From Octopus sinensis (Eukaryota), in NCBI RefSeq assembly GCF_006345805.1, contig NC_043003.1, positions 76,198,001 to 76,262,000 on the forward strand: a stretch of 64,000 bases of DNA. Direction: 5' to 3'. The notes beneath the pieces are model-generated. The model was not told the origin of the DNA. It saw only the letters and a program-made list of their open reading frames with translations, and did no database searches. Position numbers and translations under genes: made by a program. Positions within the stretch are counted from its first letter, which is position 1, and each line of letters opens with the position of its first letter. This document shows positions 27,963 to 42,080 of this stretch, one piece after another.

Positions 27963-27965
27963 TGT

Positions 27966-27996
<31 letters not shown>

Positions 27997-28959
27997 ATGT
28001 CTGAGTATCCACAAATGTGGTTGCATTCACACGGATAAAAATGTGCGTGTTTAAATCCATGTGAGCGTGCGTTTATTTCTGTGCGTGTATCACAAAATAT
28101 CTCAGAATGCTATACTCTCAGTGACTGAGTGAACCAGCAGTTTGAAACGAATAGATAACGCCCACTTTATGTATTTAACTCTCTATTTCCTGGTTGTACA
28201 TTCCTACGCATGCATATATGATGATAAATTTATATAAAATTTTACTTTGCAATTGCGATGATCCGAGACATCTCGTTGAAATACCTTTCACCATAGCTTT
28301 CAATCGAACCAAACATTGCAAGATAAGTAGAGCATTGGAAAACCGTGCTGAAATACATCAGCCTGGGTGTATATATTTTTCATACGTCAGATATAGTCGC
28401 ACTCTGTGTTACCCTATTTCCAGAGCCACGATATTTCAATGCTTTATAACGCAGTGATGTCCATCTACTTTTTTCTTGCCTCCGCCGCCCTCTAAGAAGT
28501 GCAGTGATTTAATTGCAGTATGCTAAGTTCTAGTTGAGGATATTTATGGAGAGAACCAAAGATGTGTACATGTTTTTGTTTGTTTGCGAAATCCATGATT
28601 TTGGTGAGCGACGCGGTTTGAAGAACTGTACTGTATTTTGGACTTGGGTAGCGGAAGAAATGTTCTGATAATTTCTACAGAGGATGCCATACGGTACCGG
28701 ATTAGGTATAAGGAACATATTTCAGAATAGACGTGAGAAAGAAATATTCTGAAAATTATAGACACTATATAATTAACGGTATATGGCTAAAATATTAAAA
28801 TTGAAATTCCAGAATGTTTAGTAGAAATGGATTATTTCGCAAAATTATAATGTAAGGTTTCATGTTTTAAATTGAAAATCCTCAGTGTAATGTTATAATT
28901 AGCATTTTGTCTTTGAAAATGATATATCAATGAACAATCCTTTTCGCTGTTATAACATT

Positions 28960-28995
<36 letters not shown>

Positions 28996-29214
28996 GGAGT
29001 GTGTGATTCTTTGTGTGTATGTATTGCGATGGTTTTTGGTAAGCAGCGTCGATCTTCACAAATCTGTAAATAATGAAATTTTATATATATATATATATAA
29101 TATATATAAATGGCGGTGCCCCAGCATGGCCACAGCTCATTAGCTGAAACTAGAAAAATCAAAATCAAAATCATATATATGTATGTATATATATGTGTGT
29201 GTATGTATGTATTT

Positions 29215-29268
<54 letters not shown>

Positions 29269-29521
29269 ATATATATATACATATACACACACACACGCAC
29301 ACACACACACATATATATATACGTCGTGAAACTATTAAAAGTGAAGCAATATAAGCGTGAAACTATTTATAATTGTTACTTCATCGAAGGTTTCACTGTT
29401 ATTCTTCGTGTTTTGAAATGTAATACGAAACCAGTGCCAACGTTGCATTGTTGTAATCCAACGAATTACATGTTGACACAATCGGGATCTCAAAGTATTA
29501 ACATGTATATATGTATATATA

Positions 29522-30083
29522 TCTATATATATATATAGAAACGCAAGTTGTCTGTTTGGATGTCTGATTTTATGTTTGTGTGTGTCAAGTTGCCATCTAC
29601 ACCGGTTAACGAATTTTCGTGAAATTTTGCAAATATCTTAAAAAAACATCCAATTTGTTACTAGTTCCGTTAAGTTTAATAAAAAAAACTATTATTGGAT
29701 GGCTGGAGCCCCTGGAACATATATAACCAATATGTTTTCCTTTAACAGCGAAGGGAAATAACACAATCATTTTCGTAGTCAAGAGAAACAACCCATTCAT
29801 TATCCTTTGATTACCCTAAATACTATCAAGCTCAACGTTAATGATCAAGGGATGGAAGTTGACAACAGGTGCATCGTGCGCTACAACCCATTGGTGTCTA
29901 AAACATTGCAGACTCATGTTAATGTTTAGTCATGCAACTCTATAAAATGTATGAAATATGTATGTAAATACATCAATAAGGGCTCAGATATGGCGGTTTG
30001 GGACTTGACCATCAGGGCAGGCAGGCAGATGAAATACAGCAATATAAGTTGGGCAGATTTATTTCCCGTAACGAAGTATTCTA
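29522..30083 (+). mobile_element. Helitron remnant (5' end plus Rep fragment)
   Basis: A|TCTATATATATA 5' end; 29825-30083 translates EVDNRCIVRYNPLVSK..HVNV*SCNSIKCMKYVCKYINKGSDMA..DEIQQYKLGRFIS, matching the Helitron Rep YxxKY region. Confidence 0.72.
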
Positions 30084-30425
30084 AATCCACGTACAGCTAA
30101 CAACAGTGGTAAATCTATCTGTACATGTTGAAGTTGACCAGCGTGTTGAAAATGACCAGAAGACAATGATCGAAACGTTGTTCTGAATCCACCAGCAACA
30201 AATTTGGCAGCTTTCTTCAAATTATGCCATTGTGATCTGTTTGCCCGAACACTGTTGTATGTTGAGATTCCTTTGTACTATACCTGGGCACACATTAGAT
30301 AGAATAGACTAATGACCGATAGAATAAGACTGCACGCCCGCAGTCAAATGACCGAAGCAAGTAAAATAATAAAAGAATATGTGTGTGTGTGTGTACGCAG
30401 AGAGACAGCGGGACAGAGACAGCAG

Positions 30426-30480
<55 letters not shown>

Positions 30481-30683
30481 TACAAAGATATGAACAATAA
30501 AGATAAAACCATGTTTATATAATAGTCCCTATTACGTGTGTTTGGGAACAACAATATTTTTTTCTCCAAATGTTCAATCACAACGGGCATTCAGGGAACA
30601 TTTTATTGTATTAAGTTGAATAAAATTACGTCCAAATTTATATGACTGGTGTGGTATTTTGTGTGATAGATAGACAGACACAG

Positions 30684-30776
<93 letters not shown>

Positions 30777-31504
30777 GTTAGGTAGATATTAGGGATTCAC
30801 AGGTTCTAATTCAAGTACTAATTCCATAATAAGTTTTCCTTTAATCGAATTTTTGTAAATATTGCAACATAGTAAACGAAACTTTAAATCTGGTATATTC
30901 CTATTCATGATACAAATGCATTCATGCACATGCATTTGTGTATATATTTAAATGTATGTATGAATATCTATCTATATACTTATACATTCATTGATGGGAA
31001 TATGTACACGGTTATAAGTGTAGACAGATAAATATAAATATTGTGTGTGTGTGTGTGCAAATACACAAACACGCATACACAAGCACGCACACACATATGC
31101 AAACACGAATACATGTATGTAGGTGTGTCCATATACATATATATTTTGGGTAGGACAAGTAAGTACATATAAACATATACGTTTTACGTTGCATCTCTAC
31201 CTGAAGTGAAACAGATTAAGAATGAAAATCAAATTGTGAAAATTTCTTTGTTTTAGCCATTTAGATTGTTTTCGTATTTCTTCACAATTCTGTAACATTC
31301 ATTTTGATATAAAAGATTTATTTCTATAGTTATTCTCTCTTACATGTTAATTTTTTCACTTCCATTTTACATCCATTTAATAATATATTCAATTTCTTCT
31401 CCGTTAAATGTAATTCTGAGACAATATACTTTTACTGCCATTATGTCTGCAAAATATTTTCTTTCTCAAACAATTGTTTTTTTTTTACAGAGTCGATGGT
31501 AATA

Positions 31505-31736
<232 letters not shown>

Positions 31737-31794
31737 ATTTCTACAATAGGCGCAAGGCCTGAAATTTAAATGGAACGACTAAGTGGATTACATT

Positions 31795-33756
31795 ATAATT
31801 TAGCCAAAACTTGTGTCGGATCAGAGGAAATATTAACGTTGATAAATAATAGTGAAAAAATGAAAATAATAATATCAGTGATGATAATAATAGTAATGAA
31901 CGGGAGCAGTTGGAACCTCCCTATGCTCAAATTGATGGTACATCTAGTGATGATGTCACAAGAAAAACACTGGTAAGTGCGCAACCAGATAATCGCTACC
32001 TCATATGACTGACAAAGAAAAAGTAAAATATTGTGAATAAAGATGGTAATGAAACTGAAGCCCTTCAATGTGACAGTGTTACACTCGGTTTGCTCAGAGA
32101 TCCTGGTCCGACTCCACCCTGCCGTTATCCAACTAGAATCCAGCACACACAACGTAGATGGAACAAACAAATCAATGCTGTGGTCATGAAGTATTACTAC
32201 CTGAGCAAACCGTGGACGAAAATGTTCATCTTAGGGGATATCGATAACGTATCTATGATCAATGGAGAGAAAGAGGATTGTTTCAACTCACAGAACAGAG
32301 ATTATGTGACCATGCTAGAGCAATAAGGAAAAAAAGCGTTGGTTCACAGAATTAGAGCTCGAAGCTATCAAAAGCAGGGTATTGGAAAGCAGTAGCAGAC
32401 AAAACGACGAAAATTCTGTTCCTAGTGATTAAAGTAATCTCATAGTAGAGAACAGAGATGAAATCTCTAATAAACCACAGGAAAGGAAAGGTGATAGCTT
32501 GCTCGATGAGAAACATAGAGATGGTCTGGAAGAAGACAATAAAACTAATGGTGACATGACAGATGGGCAAATGTCAATCGATAATAGAATAAAAGCAAGG
32601 CTACAGTAGAACGATAGCGACATTATTTGCAACCTTGAAAAGGTGATCGGTGAAAATTAAACTAAGGAACGAAAAATGTGAATGTAATTCTGAAATACGT
32701 CAGAATAAAAAAAAACATCACAGAAACTAGTAATTTGATCAAGGCAGCAAGTATTCTTGTGGCAGAAAATATAATAGGAGTGACAAAAGAAAAGATCCAT
32801 GGTGTAAAAGAAGGTGGGGTTAGATATGCTCTCGACTGACATTTCTGTGTTAGACCAAAAAGGATAGGGGGTGCTTAAAATCGAACAAAAGTACAGGGCA
32901 ATGAACAGGAAGTATAATATTGAAAGAAAGAGCTTGAAAGTAATAATGGGGGTACTGAAACAGCGCCTCGTTGCAAAGAAAGCGAAGATGGTAAGATACG
33001 ACCGAAGAATGGAAGGATACCAGCGGAACGGATAATTCAGAATCGATCAGAAGAGATTCTACAAAGAAATAAATGGAGAGTGTACAGATGAAAAGATGGT
33101 ACCATATAAAATTGAAAGTCAAAGGTTTTGGAGTGACATATGGAGCAAATAGAAGGAGCACAAGAAGGATACTGAATGATTGCAAGAACTGTAACAAAAG
33201 TAGTCTATCAAAAGAAAGCAGAAATAGTTAACAGAAATATGGGAGAAGTTTATGGAAAATTCAAGGGGACTGGCTATCCCCACTGATCTTTGTACTGTGC
33301 ATGATACCACTAACACTGAATCTGAGCAAAGCAAAAGCTGGGTATGTATTCAAAAGCCGCCAACAAGATGTCAACCACTTGTTATTCATGGATGAACTCG
33401 AACTTTAAGGTAATGATGAATTCCAAGTCAGTTTCCTCGTTTCTACGGTGTATACTTTCAGTGTTGATACCCGAATAGAGTTTGGACTGAAAACGTGTGG
33501 TGTGTTAGTCTTGAAGAGAGGCAAAATGAAGTGTATGGATGGGCCACCGAGACCATCGAGGGAGGTTATGTAGCAGATAGAAGTGACAGGCTATATGTAC
33601 TTGGGGATTTTGGAAATGGATAAATTGATGGTGAAGGAAATGATAGAAAAATCAAAGGTGCAGTACTTGTGCAGGCTGAGACTGATCCTGAAGTCGAAAT
33701 TAAACGGACGGAATAACATTGAAACTATCAACACCTGGGCGGTTTCACTACTCAGA
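31795..33756 (+). mobile_element. Degenerate R4/Dong-clade non-LTR retrotransposon (N-terminal region plus RT, internally deleted, 3'-truncated)
   Basis: RRWNKQINAVVMKYYYLSKP; LFMDEL; EFGLKTCGVLVLKRGK; YMYLGILE; RLRLILKSKLNGRNNIETINTWAVSLLR. Confidence 0.82.
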
Positions 33757-34273
33757 CCGGATTAGCGATTTTTTTCGAACGGGCGTTTACAGGGACAATC
33801 GTTACAAAAATGAAGAGAAATAATAATAATAAAATAATAGAAAAGAAGAAAGGAAAGAAGAAACTGAGAAAGAAAATGAGAGATTGAAATGAATGATCCA
33901 GTCGATAATTGTAGTGTAGAGGAACTTATGATCAAAATGCATCACTAAATATAGCTTGACAGATATTGAGAAAAAAGAAATGAGAAAAATTTTAATGAAG
34001 AAAAGTTGTGAACGTGCTGTGATTGTTTCGTGAAATATCAATATTGGCTTCGTGTGCGTATGTGAAAAAGAGAGCGAGTGGTAGAGAGGTAAGTACGTGT
34101 GTGTGTGCGCGCGCGTGGGTGCGTGCGTCCGTGTGTGTGTGTGGGTGGGTGTTTGCATATATGTACTATTTATATAAAGTACATTTGATGCGGAACTTGA
34201 ATAAAATTAGAATATTTACTAACTAAGATAGAAACACGAATGAAATTTTACATTTCAATTTTCATTACATATA

Positions 34274-35160
34274 GGCATAGGAGTGGTTGTGTGGTAAGTA
34301 GCTTGCTTACTAACCACATGGTCCCGAGTTCAGTCCCACCGCGTGGCACCTTGGGCAAATGTCTTCTATTAAAGCCTCGGGCCGACCAAAGCCTTGTGAG
34401 TGGATTTAGTAGACAAAAACTGAAAGAAGCCCATCGTATATATATATATATATATATTTATAAATACATGCATACATATATGTACATACCTACATCTATA
34501 TGTATAAATATACATGCATATATGGTCACAGGACATCGAAAAAATCTTTGAACACAATGAGAAACGAAAACGCAAAAACAAAAAAATGGAAACGAACTTT
34601 TTTCAAACCACGAAAAAAACAGAGTAAAATACATACAACACAAGGAATATTCCCCTTCTTCAGTTGACCCTGTTTCGTCTACTCTGCGCTTCGAAGGTAA
34701 GACAAGATGCGACTTCGTTGAAACAATCCTTCCCGCCAAGCAAATTAAATAAAATTTGTTATTTTTTGCGGTGTAAAAATGGTTACAAGAACAGGACAGT
34801 AAGAACAAAAACAAGACAGTAGAAACAGTAAAAGACATAACAAAAAGGATAACACAGTAGAAACAAACGATGAGGGCTATTAAGCCAAGACGAAGGAAAA
34901 ATTATTCTGAACGCTTGAGACAGCTTATGTATGTATGTGTGAGTATGTGTTTGTGTGTCTATGTTTGCCCCCCACCCTACATCGCTTGACAACGAATGCT
35001 GGTGTGTTTACGTCTCCGTAACTTAGCGGTTTGGCAAAAGAGATCGATAGAATAAGTACTAGGCTTACAAAGACGAATTCCTGGGTGGATTTGCTCGATT
35101 AAAGGCGGTGCTCCAGCATGGCCACTGTGGAATGACTGAAACAAGTAAAAGCGTAAAAGA
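34274..35160 (+). mobile_element. SINE family B interrupted in its internal microsatellite by a 400-bp insert
   Basis: Head 34274-34440 and tail 34960-35160 flank the insert. Confidence 0.85.
34524..34925 (-). mobile_element. PLE-like 3' fragment nested in the SINE microsatellite
   Basis: Homolog of 8100-8460; HHR-like pieces (GTC...GAC-GAAAC-AGG-GTC; CTGAAGA). Confidence 0.55.
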
Positions 35161-35779
35161 GTATTACATTTCAATAACTCAGCAATTAAATGCTTCTGCC
35201 AAACAATAAAATAAATAATTAGATAAATCAAAAGAACAGAGACACAGGACTTAGCTCAGCTTTCACAAAGTATTTGTGGTGATTGGTGCGTGTCATGATA
35301 TATACATATCAGTTGTGCCAATCATGTTACTCAACATTTTATTGTGTTGATTTTAAGATATAGTTTATAAAGATATTCTCATTATTCCACGAATTTTCAA
35401 TATTCCATTATGTGGCTTTGACAGAGACCGCATTCTGAGGTTTCTCCGAATACACTTCTCTTTGTCCAACGAGAAAAGTTTTCCTAAGAGTGTGTGTTTT
35501 GAATACTACTACTGCTTTGCATACTACTAATGCTGCTTCCAGCCAGCAAAATTTATTCCAGTGTATATACTACACTACATAAGCCGGTAAACATATGTTA
35601 CCTTTCTATGCCCCTTAACAGACAGAAAGGTTGGCGTTTACGTAAAAAGTGTACAGAGTGCCTCAATTATGGATTCATTTTCTTCATTAGGAGGCCTGTT
35701 GGTTCTATCATTGAAGCTTTCATAGGTAGACGTGTTTCCTGAAGGTTTGAACAATCTTTTGATTATTTCTGGTTATTGT

Positions 35780-36070
35780 CGGGCAAAATGCCATGAAGCT
35801 GTTATTCAGATACATATTTTGGATGTATGTCTGATAGGTAGTTCTTTCTCATATACACTGCTCCCGTTGTTTGAACGATTAATTGCACTTTTTATATAAA
35901 TACTAGTTTTCAGATACAAAGAGGTCATTGCAGGAGGCTTTTCTGTAAAGGTTGGTATTAAGAACAGGATTTTTACTGATGTAGAGAAGGAAATCGAATG
36001 AAGGGGAACACACTGAATGATCGGAACAGACATACAAAGAAGGCAGGAGATTATGGGGAAAATGAAGGGT
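35780..36070 (+). mobile_element. Possible decayed LINE APE-endonuclease fragment
   Basis: VIQIH and YKEVIAGGFSVKVG resemble the VIQVYAP and IIAGDFNAKVG motifs; stops present. Confidence 0.35.
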
Positions 36071-36081
36071 AAGTGGTTATA

Positions 36082-36308
36082 CAAAGGGGTACTGAAAAGT
36101 TCCTGGTTTTAAGCGTGTCATGAAAGGTCTGGTTAGAAACCTTACCTTTCGAGTTCTTTTCCAGGGCACAGAAAAACGGAATGACCGCTGCAATAAGAGT
36201 CTAAATCTGAGACAGGAATAAGTTGAAAAACAATCATAATTAACTGTTCCTCCTGCAATTCCTTTTACCCAAATCCAGAAACTATCCAGCGCCCCCCCCC
36301 CCGCCTCG
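36082..36308. mobile_element. Mariner-type MITE with TA flanks
   Basis: ta|caaaggggtactgaaaagttcctgg ... ccagaaactatccagcgc(c)n gcctcg|ta degenerate TIRs. Confidence 0.65.
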
Positions 36309-36594
36309 TATATGCCTCTATCTACAGCATATAAGATTTACCCGATACTTATGTGATAAAATACGACTAGAAATTTACGTAAAATCTACACACCAAACCA
36401 AAGTATCTGTCCAGCTCAGCGCTTGTCGACGCCCGGACTCTCGTGTTTAAAGGTTTTGGAAACCGAAACACACATGTAAGACAAAATTCTAATCGTTCTT
36501 TTTCATTTTCTTTTTCAACATTTTCTTCAAACGATCATTGTGGCAACATATACAGTGCATACAAATACACACGCACATAGTATCTACCTATCCA

Positions 36595-36666
36595 TCTATA
36601 TGTCTCTCTCTTCATCTCTCTCTCTCTCTATGTATATATATATCTATCAATCAATCTATCTATCTG

Positions 36667-36745
<79 letters not shown>

Positions 36746-36770
36746 GTCTATCTATCTATCTATCTATCTA

Positions 36771-36822
<52 letters not shown>

Positions 36823-36896
36823 GTGTGTGTGTATGTATGTATATGTGCATTCATATGTATATATGCACATGCATATATATATATATAGAAATATAC

Positions 36897-36956
<60 letters not shown>

Positions 36957-36990
36957 ATATGTATATAAAAATATGTAAATATGTATATTG

Positions 36991-37029
<39 letters not shown>

Positions 37030-37030
37030 T
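36595..37030. repeat. (CT)n/(CTAT)n/(TA)n compound microsatellite
   Basis: Direct reading. Confidence 0.95.
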
Positions 37031-37529
37031 ATGTATGCTTTCATTACCATGTACTCGGAAAAATATGTCAGTGTGTTGTGTATAGGAGGTGGTTGATGGC
37101 GGTGAGAATGTGATGTGTGGTGTGAAATATCAATAGATTATGGTGTACAACATTAGAAATCTGTCATGGTGGAAGTGATGTTCACACCTCACCCGGTTAC
37201 AGTGATGCGCCAATGACAATGTCAAGGCAACCATGATATTACTGAACATTATGTCTGCATCACCAATCTGACGGCACTGATGAAATGCAGCGCGAAACAA
37301 CAATACCAATGCTAGCAATATATTATTTGCATACGTCCTCTTCGTATTCATCACTCTTAAATTTATATACATACATGTGTGTGTACATATACACTCACAT
37401 ACATATACATACGTATATACATTAATACGTATATACATACATATATATAGCCGCATAAACACAGAGGGCCAACGGGAGATCACCAAATGTAAATGCCAAT
37501 CGCATGTACGTCACTCTTTCTTTCTCTCC

Positions 37530-37575
<46 letters not shown>

Positions 37576-37705
37576 CATACATTCATACATGCATATATAT
37601 ATTTATATATGTTTTTATTTTTCATTCCCTGTGGTTTTGAATTTTTAACTATTCCTTCTGCCGACCTTTTTAAGACTCACCTCTTTTGTGTTTAAATGTA
37701 CACAA

Positions 37706-37758
<53 letters not shown>

Positions 37759-37800
37759 GAAAGAATGGAGTCGAACGAAGATTTCAACAAAATTCCTTTA

Positions 37801-37883
37801 CTCTCAACACATGTTTCGAAGACTGCATACCATTAATTCCGAAGGAATAAAGGGTGCATTATGCCGTCTTCTCATCAGGAAAG
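37801..37883 (-). ncRNA. Type-I hammerhead ribozyme, canonical core
   Basis: CTTTC-CTGATGA-GAAGAC.GCATA...TATGC.GTCTTC-GAAAC-ATGT-GTT-GAGAG; all three stems pair. Confidence 0.8.
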
Positions 37884-39000
37884 ACAAGGAACCTCTATCA
37901 ACCTCAAGCCGAACAAAATATTTTTGATGGCTGCTTACATGGTGTCCACAGTGATAATGAGTGTTTTTTTTAAATAATCCGTTATAAGCAATGATGTCAA
38001 AATTGGTTGGAAGGAGGAAGTTCTAAAAATAGGAAGGGGACTGTATGTATGCTGTATGTATGGGGATGCGCGGGTGTTTGCTTTTGTTAATGAGTTTGAT
38101 TGTTTATGTGTGTATATAACTGCATTTGTGTCTGTATGTGTGTGTGTGTAATTGTGTGTGTGGGGGGAACAATTGTCAAATATATTTAGTAGTGAGGTGA
38201 CAAATTTGTGTCTGTGTGTTTGATTGTGCGTATGATAGAGAGAGAGAGAAAGAGGGGGAGAGGTAGAGAGAAAGAGATAAAAATATGCCAACGATATTTA
38301 GTAGTAATGTTTCATGCAATGGAGTAGACAGAAAGAATTTGTCTATGGCAGTGGTGTAGACGTGAAACTAATTATTAAAACCAAAGGGGTTAATCTATAT
38401 TATTTAGCATTTATATGAGTGGAAAGTGTGCTTCTGCCAATGCTTACATTTACAGGATTTTTCTATTAGTGTGTTTACCAAGGGGAACTTGGCGAAAAGG
38501 ATATAGAAGAGTTCAGAATTACAAATGCCACAATATTTCCTGCCCTTATCAAAAGGGAAGGATACAGACAATATGGACCAATCCAGCTTGAAAGTTATAT
38601 TGTTGTCCTTAAGACGCCAAACTACTTTACTTAGTCCTGTAGTTTGTTGTTTTCTCTTATCTCGGAAAGTTGAATAATGATTGGAAATTCTCTAGCTAAT
38701 CTGTTCTTAACCTTCTGTATTTTTTGGTTCGAAGCATTCTGGAGGTAAAGCAAACAATCGTTCGATGCAGACCGCCACAGATGTCCGGGAATTGGTCAGG
38801 CAATTAATAGAGAATGTAAAGTCCGAGCAAATCGGCTAATTGGGCGCTGTCTGTACTTCCCATTAGCACATCGAACGCGTTAGGGGTGTCTCTGCGGACC
38901 AACAACTTATTATCGAACTGTATGAGAGATTTTCTAGCTGCTAATATCACATTAATTTCCTCCCTGGAGAGGCCTGCCTTATTGTGCGCGTGTCATATAT

Positions 39001-39049
<49 letters not shown>

Positions 39050-39810
39050 AGGTATTAATATGGATATTGAGAGACAGAGAATTAGGGAGAAATAGAGAAA
39101 TGCAGATAAACTAAATGAGGGCTAATGACTATATTTTACATGGAATGTGAATTACATCGTACGTAAACTAGGTTATAATGAATATAAAATGGAAAAGTAT
39201 TCAAAATACATTATTATCTTGACTGCTGTTTCGGATGTACTATGGCTTTAACAGAATCACATTGATTACATAAAAAACGACCATAATGTTGTAGCTGTAT
39301 AGAATAGTACAAGTTCCTATGCTCCCTTTGAGCAAAACCAAATCATCCAGATCATAATACTATTTACAATTATTTAAGTCTATAGGAAATGAGCGGGTGA
39401 AAGAAAGGAAGTTAGACGGAATTATGGGGGCTCTGGTTGGATTACTAAAAAGGTATTTGTGCTATGAAGACGAGCGTTGATAATAAACAGAAACAAGAGA
39501 GTAAATGTAGCTTATAAGAGAAGGAAGTGTTCTGGCGGACAGGGATGTCTATCAAAGTGGACTGGACATACTAGCAAAGCATATGTCGTTGAGAGGCCCA
39601 TTTTATCACACGAGGATTCGATCAGAATCTTCCGTGCTGTTAACATGGATCTCCTAAAAACAAAGTAAATTTCATTTAATGATGATAATTTTGCCTTGAA
39701 GAGTAGCCTGCGGTATACACCTCGCTTAGTTATTTACCACTTTCGTGGTTCCGCTCGCTCTGGAACATAAGTAACCCGGACTTTATTCATTAATTCATTC
39801 CCTAGCTCGT

Positions 39811-39884
<74 letters not shown>

Positions 39885-39926
39885 TATATATATATATATA
39901 TATATAATAAATATATATTATATATA

Positions 39927-39964
<38 letters not shown>

Positions 39965-40087
39965 TATATATATATATATATATTATTATATATATATAAT
40001 ATATATATATATATGTATGTATATATGTATGCATGTATGTATACTTATATATATATATGTATGTATGCATGCATGTATATGTATACT

Positions 40088-40144
<57 letters not shown>

Positions 40145-41256
40145 CAAATATACATATATATGCTTACACATATCCACTTCATTCTCTATCTCTTTATATA
40201 TTTATTTTATATGTACATGTGAAGTATGTATGTATGTATCAATACACATCATACATCGAAGTCATGTTATGGATACCATTCTATTAGTCATAGATACAGA
40301 CTATTTCTTACCTGTTTTCTGTTAGCGATATCTGTCTGCATAATATTAGCACTTTTGATGAGCGTTATCTTCTATTCTTTACACACGAAATGTTCACCAA
40401 GTAGTTCTTTGATTTTTCTCTTTGTATTCCACGTCAGTGCACCCAACGCTTCTATTAGATAAGAGATACTTCTTGTGTCAATAATCCATATCGTCGCTAT
40501 TTCTACCTCAAGGTTTTTTTCTTTTTTTATATTTGGGAAATTATTCAATTTCTTTTCTGGAGAAGTTATCGTCTGCGCGGTAAACCACCTCAGAAAATAT
40601 ATAAAACCTTTCTATCGATATCCGTGCTGTTTGTTCCTATGCCCATAGCAATATATACTTTTATAAGTGTTTATGTAGTTACTTATCACCATTTTCCCTC
40701 TCTACTTCTCTTAATAGTAGGTAGCAACATTTATCCATCTCATATATCATGCAGTAGGGGCAGTGAGAGGCCTATGTGAATCATGGTATAGTTTATGAAA
40801 CCCTATTCAGGTCGATAGCTAGCGTTCTCATCATGCTGAAGATATATGCTGCAACCACTACGTTCGGTTATTTGCCAACGTTTCTGTACATTGTCCTTTT
40901 GGGTAAGTATTTTACTTACTGTACTGCGAATTTGAACACAACTCAATGTGTAGTCCATATGCGCAGTGTTTAGGTTTTATTAATAATGAGGATTCTGGTT
41001 TTAGCACAAGGCTGACTCAAATACGCAGACCGATATTACAAGTCTCTTTTGAACGACTGATGTAAATATGAAGATCATGCATTCATACAAAACTATTTAT
41101 TTGAGCAACGAGCATATAAAATTAAAGTTTCTCCATTACCAGAAGCTGCATGTGTATGCTTTCCTTTCAGGAGCAAATTATTGAAAACTGCTTTACACTT
41201 ATTACGTCTATTCCAAGATAAGTAAAATATTATTTATTCATATATATATATATATC

Positions 41257-41290
<34 letters not shown>

Positions 41291-41294
<4 letters not shown>

Positions 41295-42080
41295 TTATCA
41301 GTAACAATAAAGGGTGAAATTAATTAATTTGGAATAATTATCAATTACACCAAGTAGATTTCGGCATGTAAAAGCCCCATTCGAGGAAAATTTAAGTAAT
41401 ACTAAGTAATTAAGGGTTTAGCAACGAATTGCCTCACCAACACACCGAATTTAGAAATAGCAGTCAAAGAGATATAGCTATTCCTTCTACTAAAAGGGGC
41501 ATCTCAGTAAAAACACAGCACTTGAAAGGCAAACACAGACAGGTAAGAAAGAAAGAATGAAATGACGGCAATCTATCATACAATTTTAAGTTACCTACGG
41601 ACGTACGTTTCGAAATCAAGTTTTAGGAAAGCGTAAGAATTAGAAAATTCTACCTTACCCAAACTTCTTTTCTCATCGGCGCAGGATACTACAATTATGA
41701 ATAATTGTATATTAAATTTTGAGATACTAGAAGGCATTATCTCAACTCAGTGTCAGAGCGAGCCAAAGCATGACCAGTACCACGAAATTCAAAGTGTGAA
41801 TGAAAGTTTGTGTCACCAGCCCCCTTCCACCCGCGTGTAGCCAAGACAAAATGCTGCGGTCATTTACTGGGATAAAATATGGTTATCAGTAACAATAAAG
41901 GGTGAAATTAATTAATTTGGAATAATTATCAATTACACCAAGTAGATTTCGGCATGTAAAAGCCCCATTCGAGGAAAATTTAAGTAATACTAAGTAATTA
42001 AGGGTTTAGCAACGAATTGCCTCACCAACACACCGAATTTAGAAATAGCAGTCAAAGAGATATAGCTATTCCTTCTACTA
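41291..42080 (-). mobile_element. Non-coding retrozyme-like element: 202-bp repeat, 386-bp internal segment, 202-bp repeat
   Basis: 41291-41492 and 41879-42080 appear identical; HHR in the internal segment; (TA)n on both sides. Confidence 0.82.
41594..41685 (-). ncRNA. Type-I hammerhead ribozyme, U4C core, GUC site
   Basis: CCTGCG-CCGATGA-long stem II (GAAA/TTTC, AAGTTT/AAACTT, GAATT/AATTC)-GAAAC-GTAC-GTC-CGTAGG. Confidence 0.75.

Noticed and set aside
28600-28725. ILDLGSGRN resembling a SAM-binding motif
   Set aside because: Only about 40 open codons, second glycine missing, no splice support.
37274-37300. CTGATGA...GAAAC spacing like a hammerhead
   Set aside because: No convincing stem II, no stem III or NUH triplet, no stem I.
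38470-38640. About 54 open codons (CVYQGELGEKDIEEFRITNATIFPALIKREGY...) after a possible acceptor
   Set aside because: No recognisable family, no good donor before the stop; within chance expectation.
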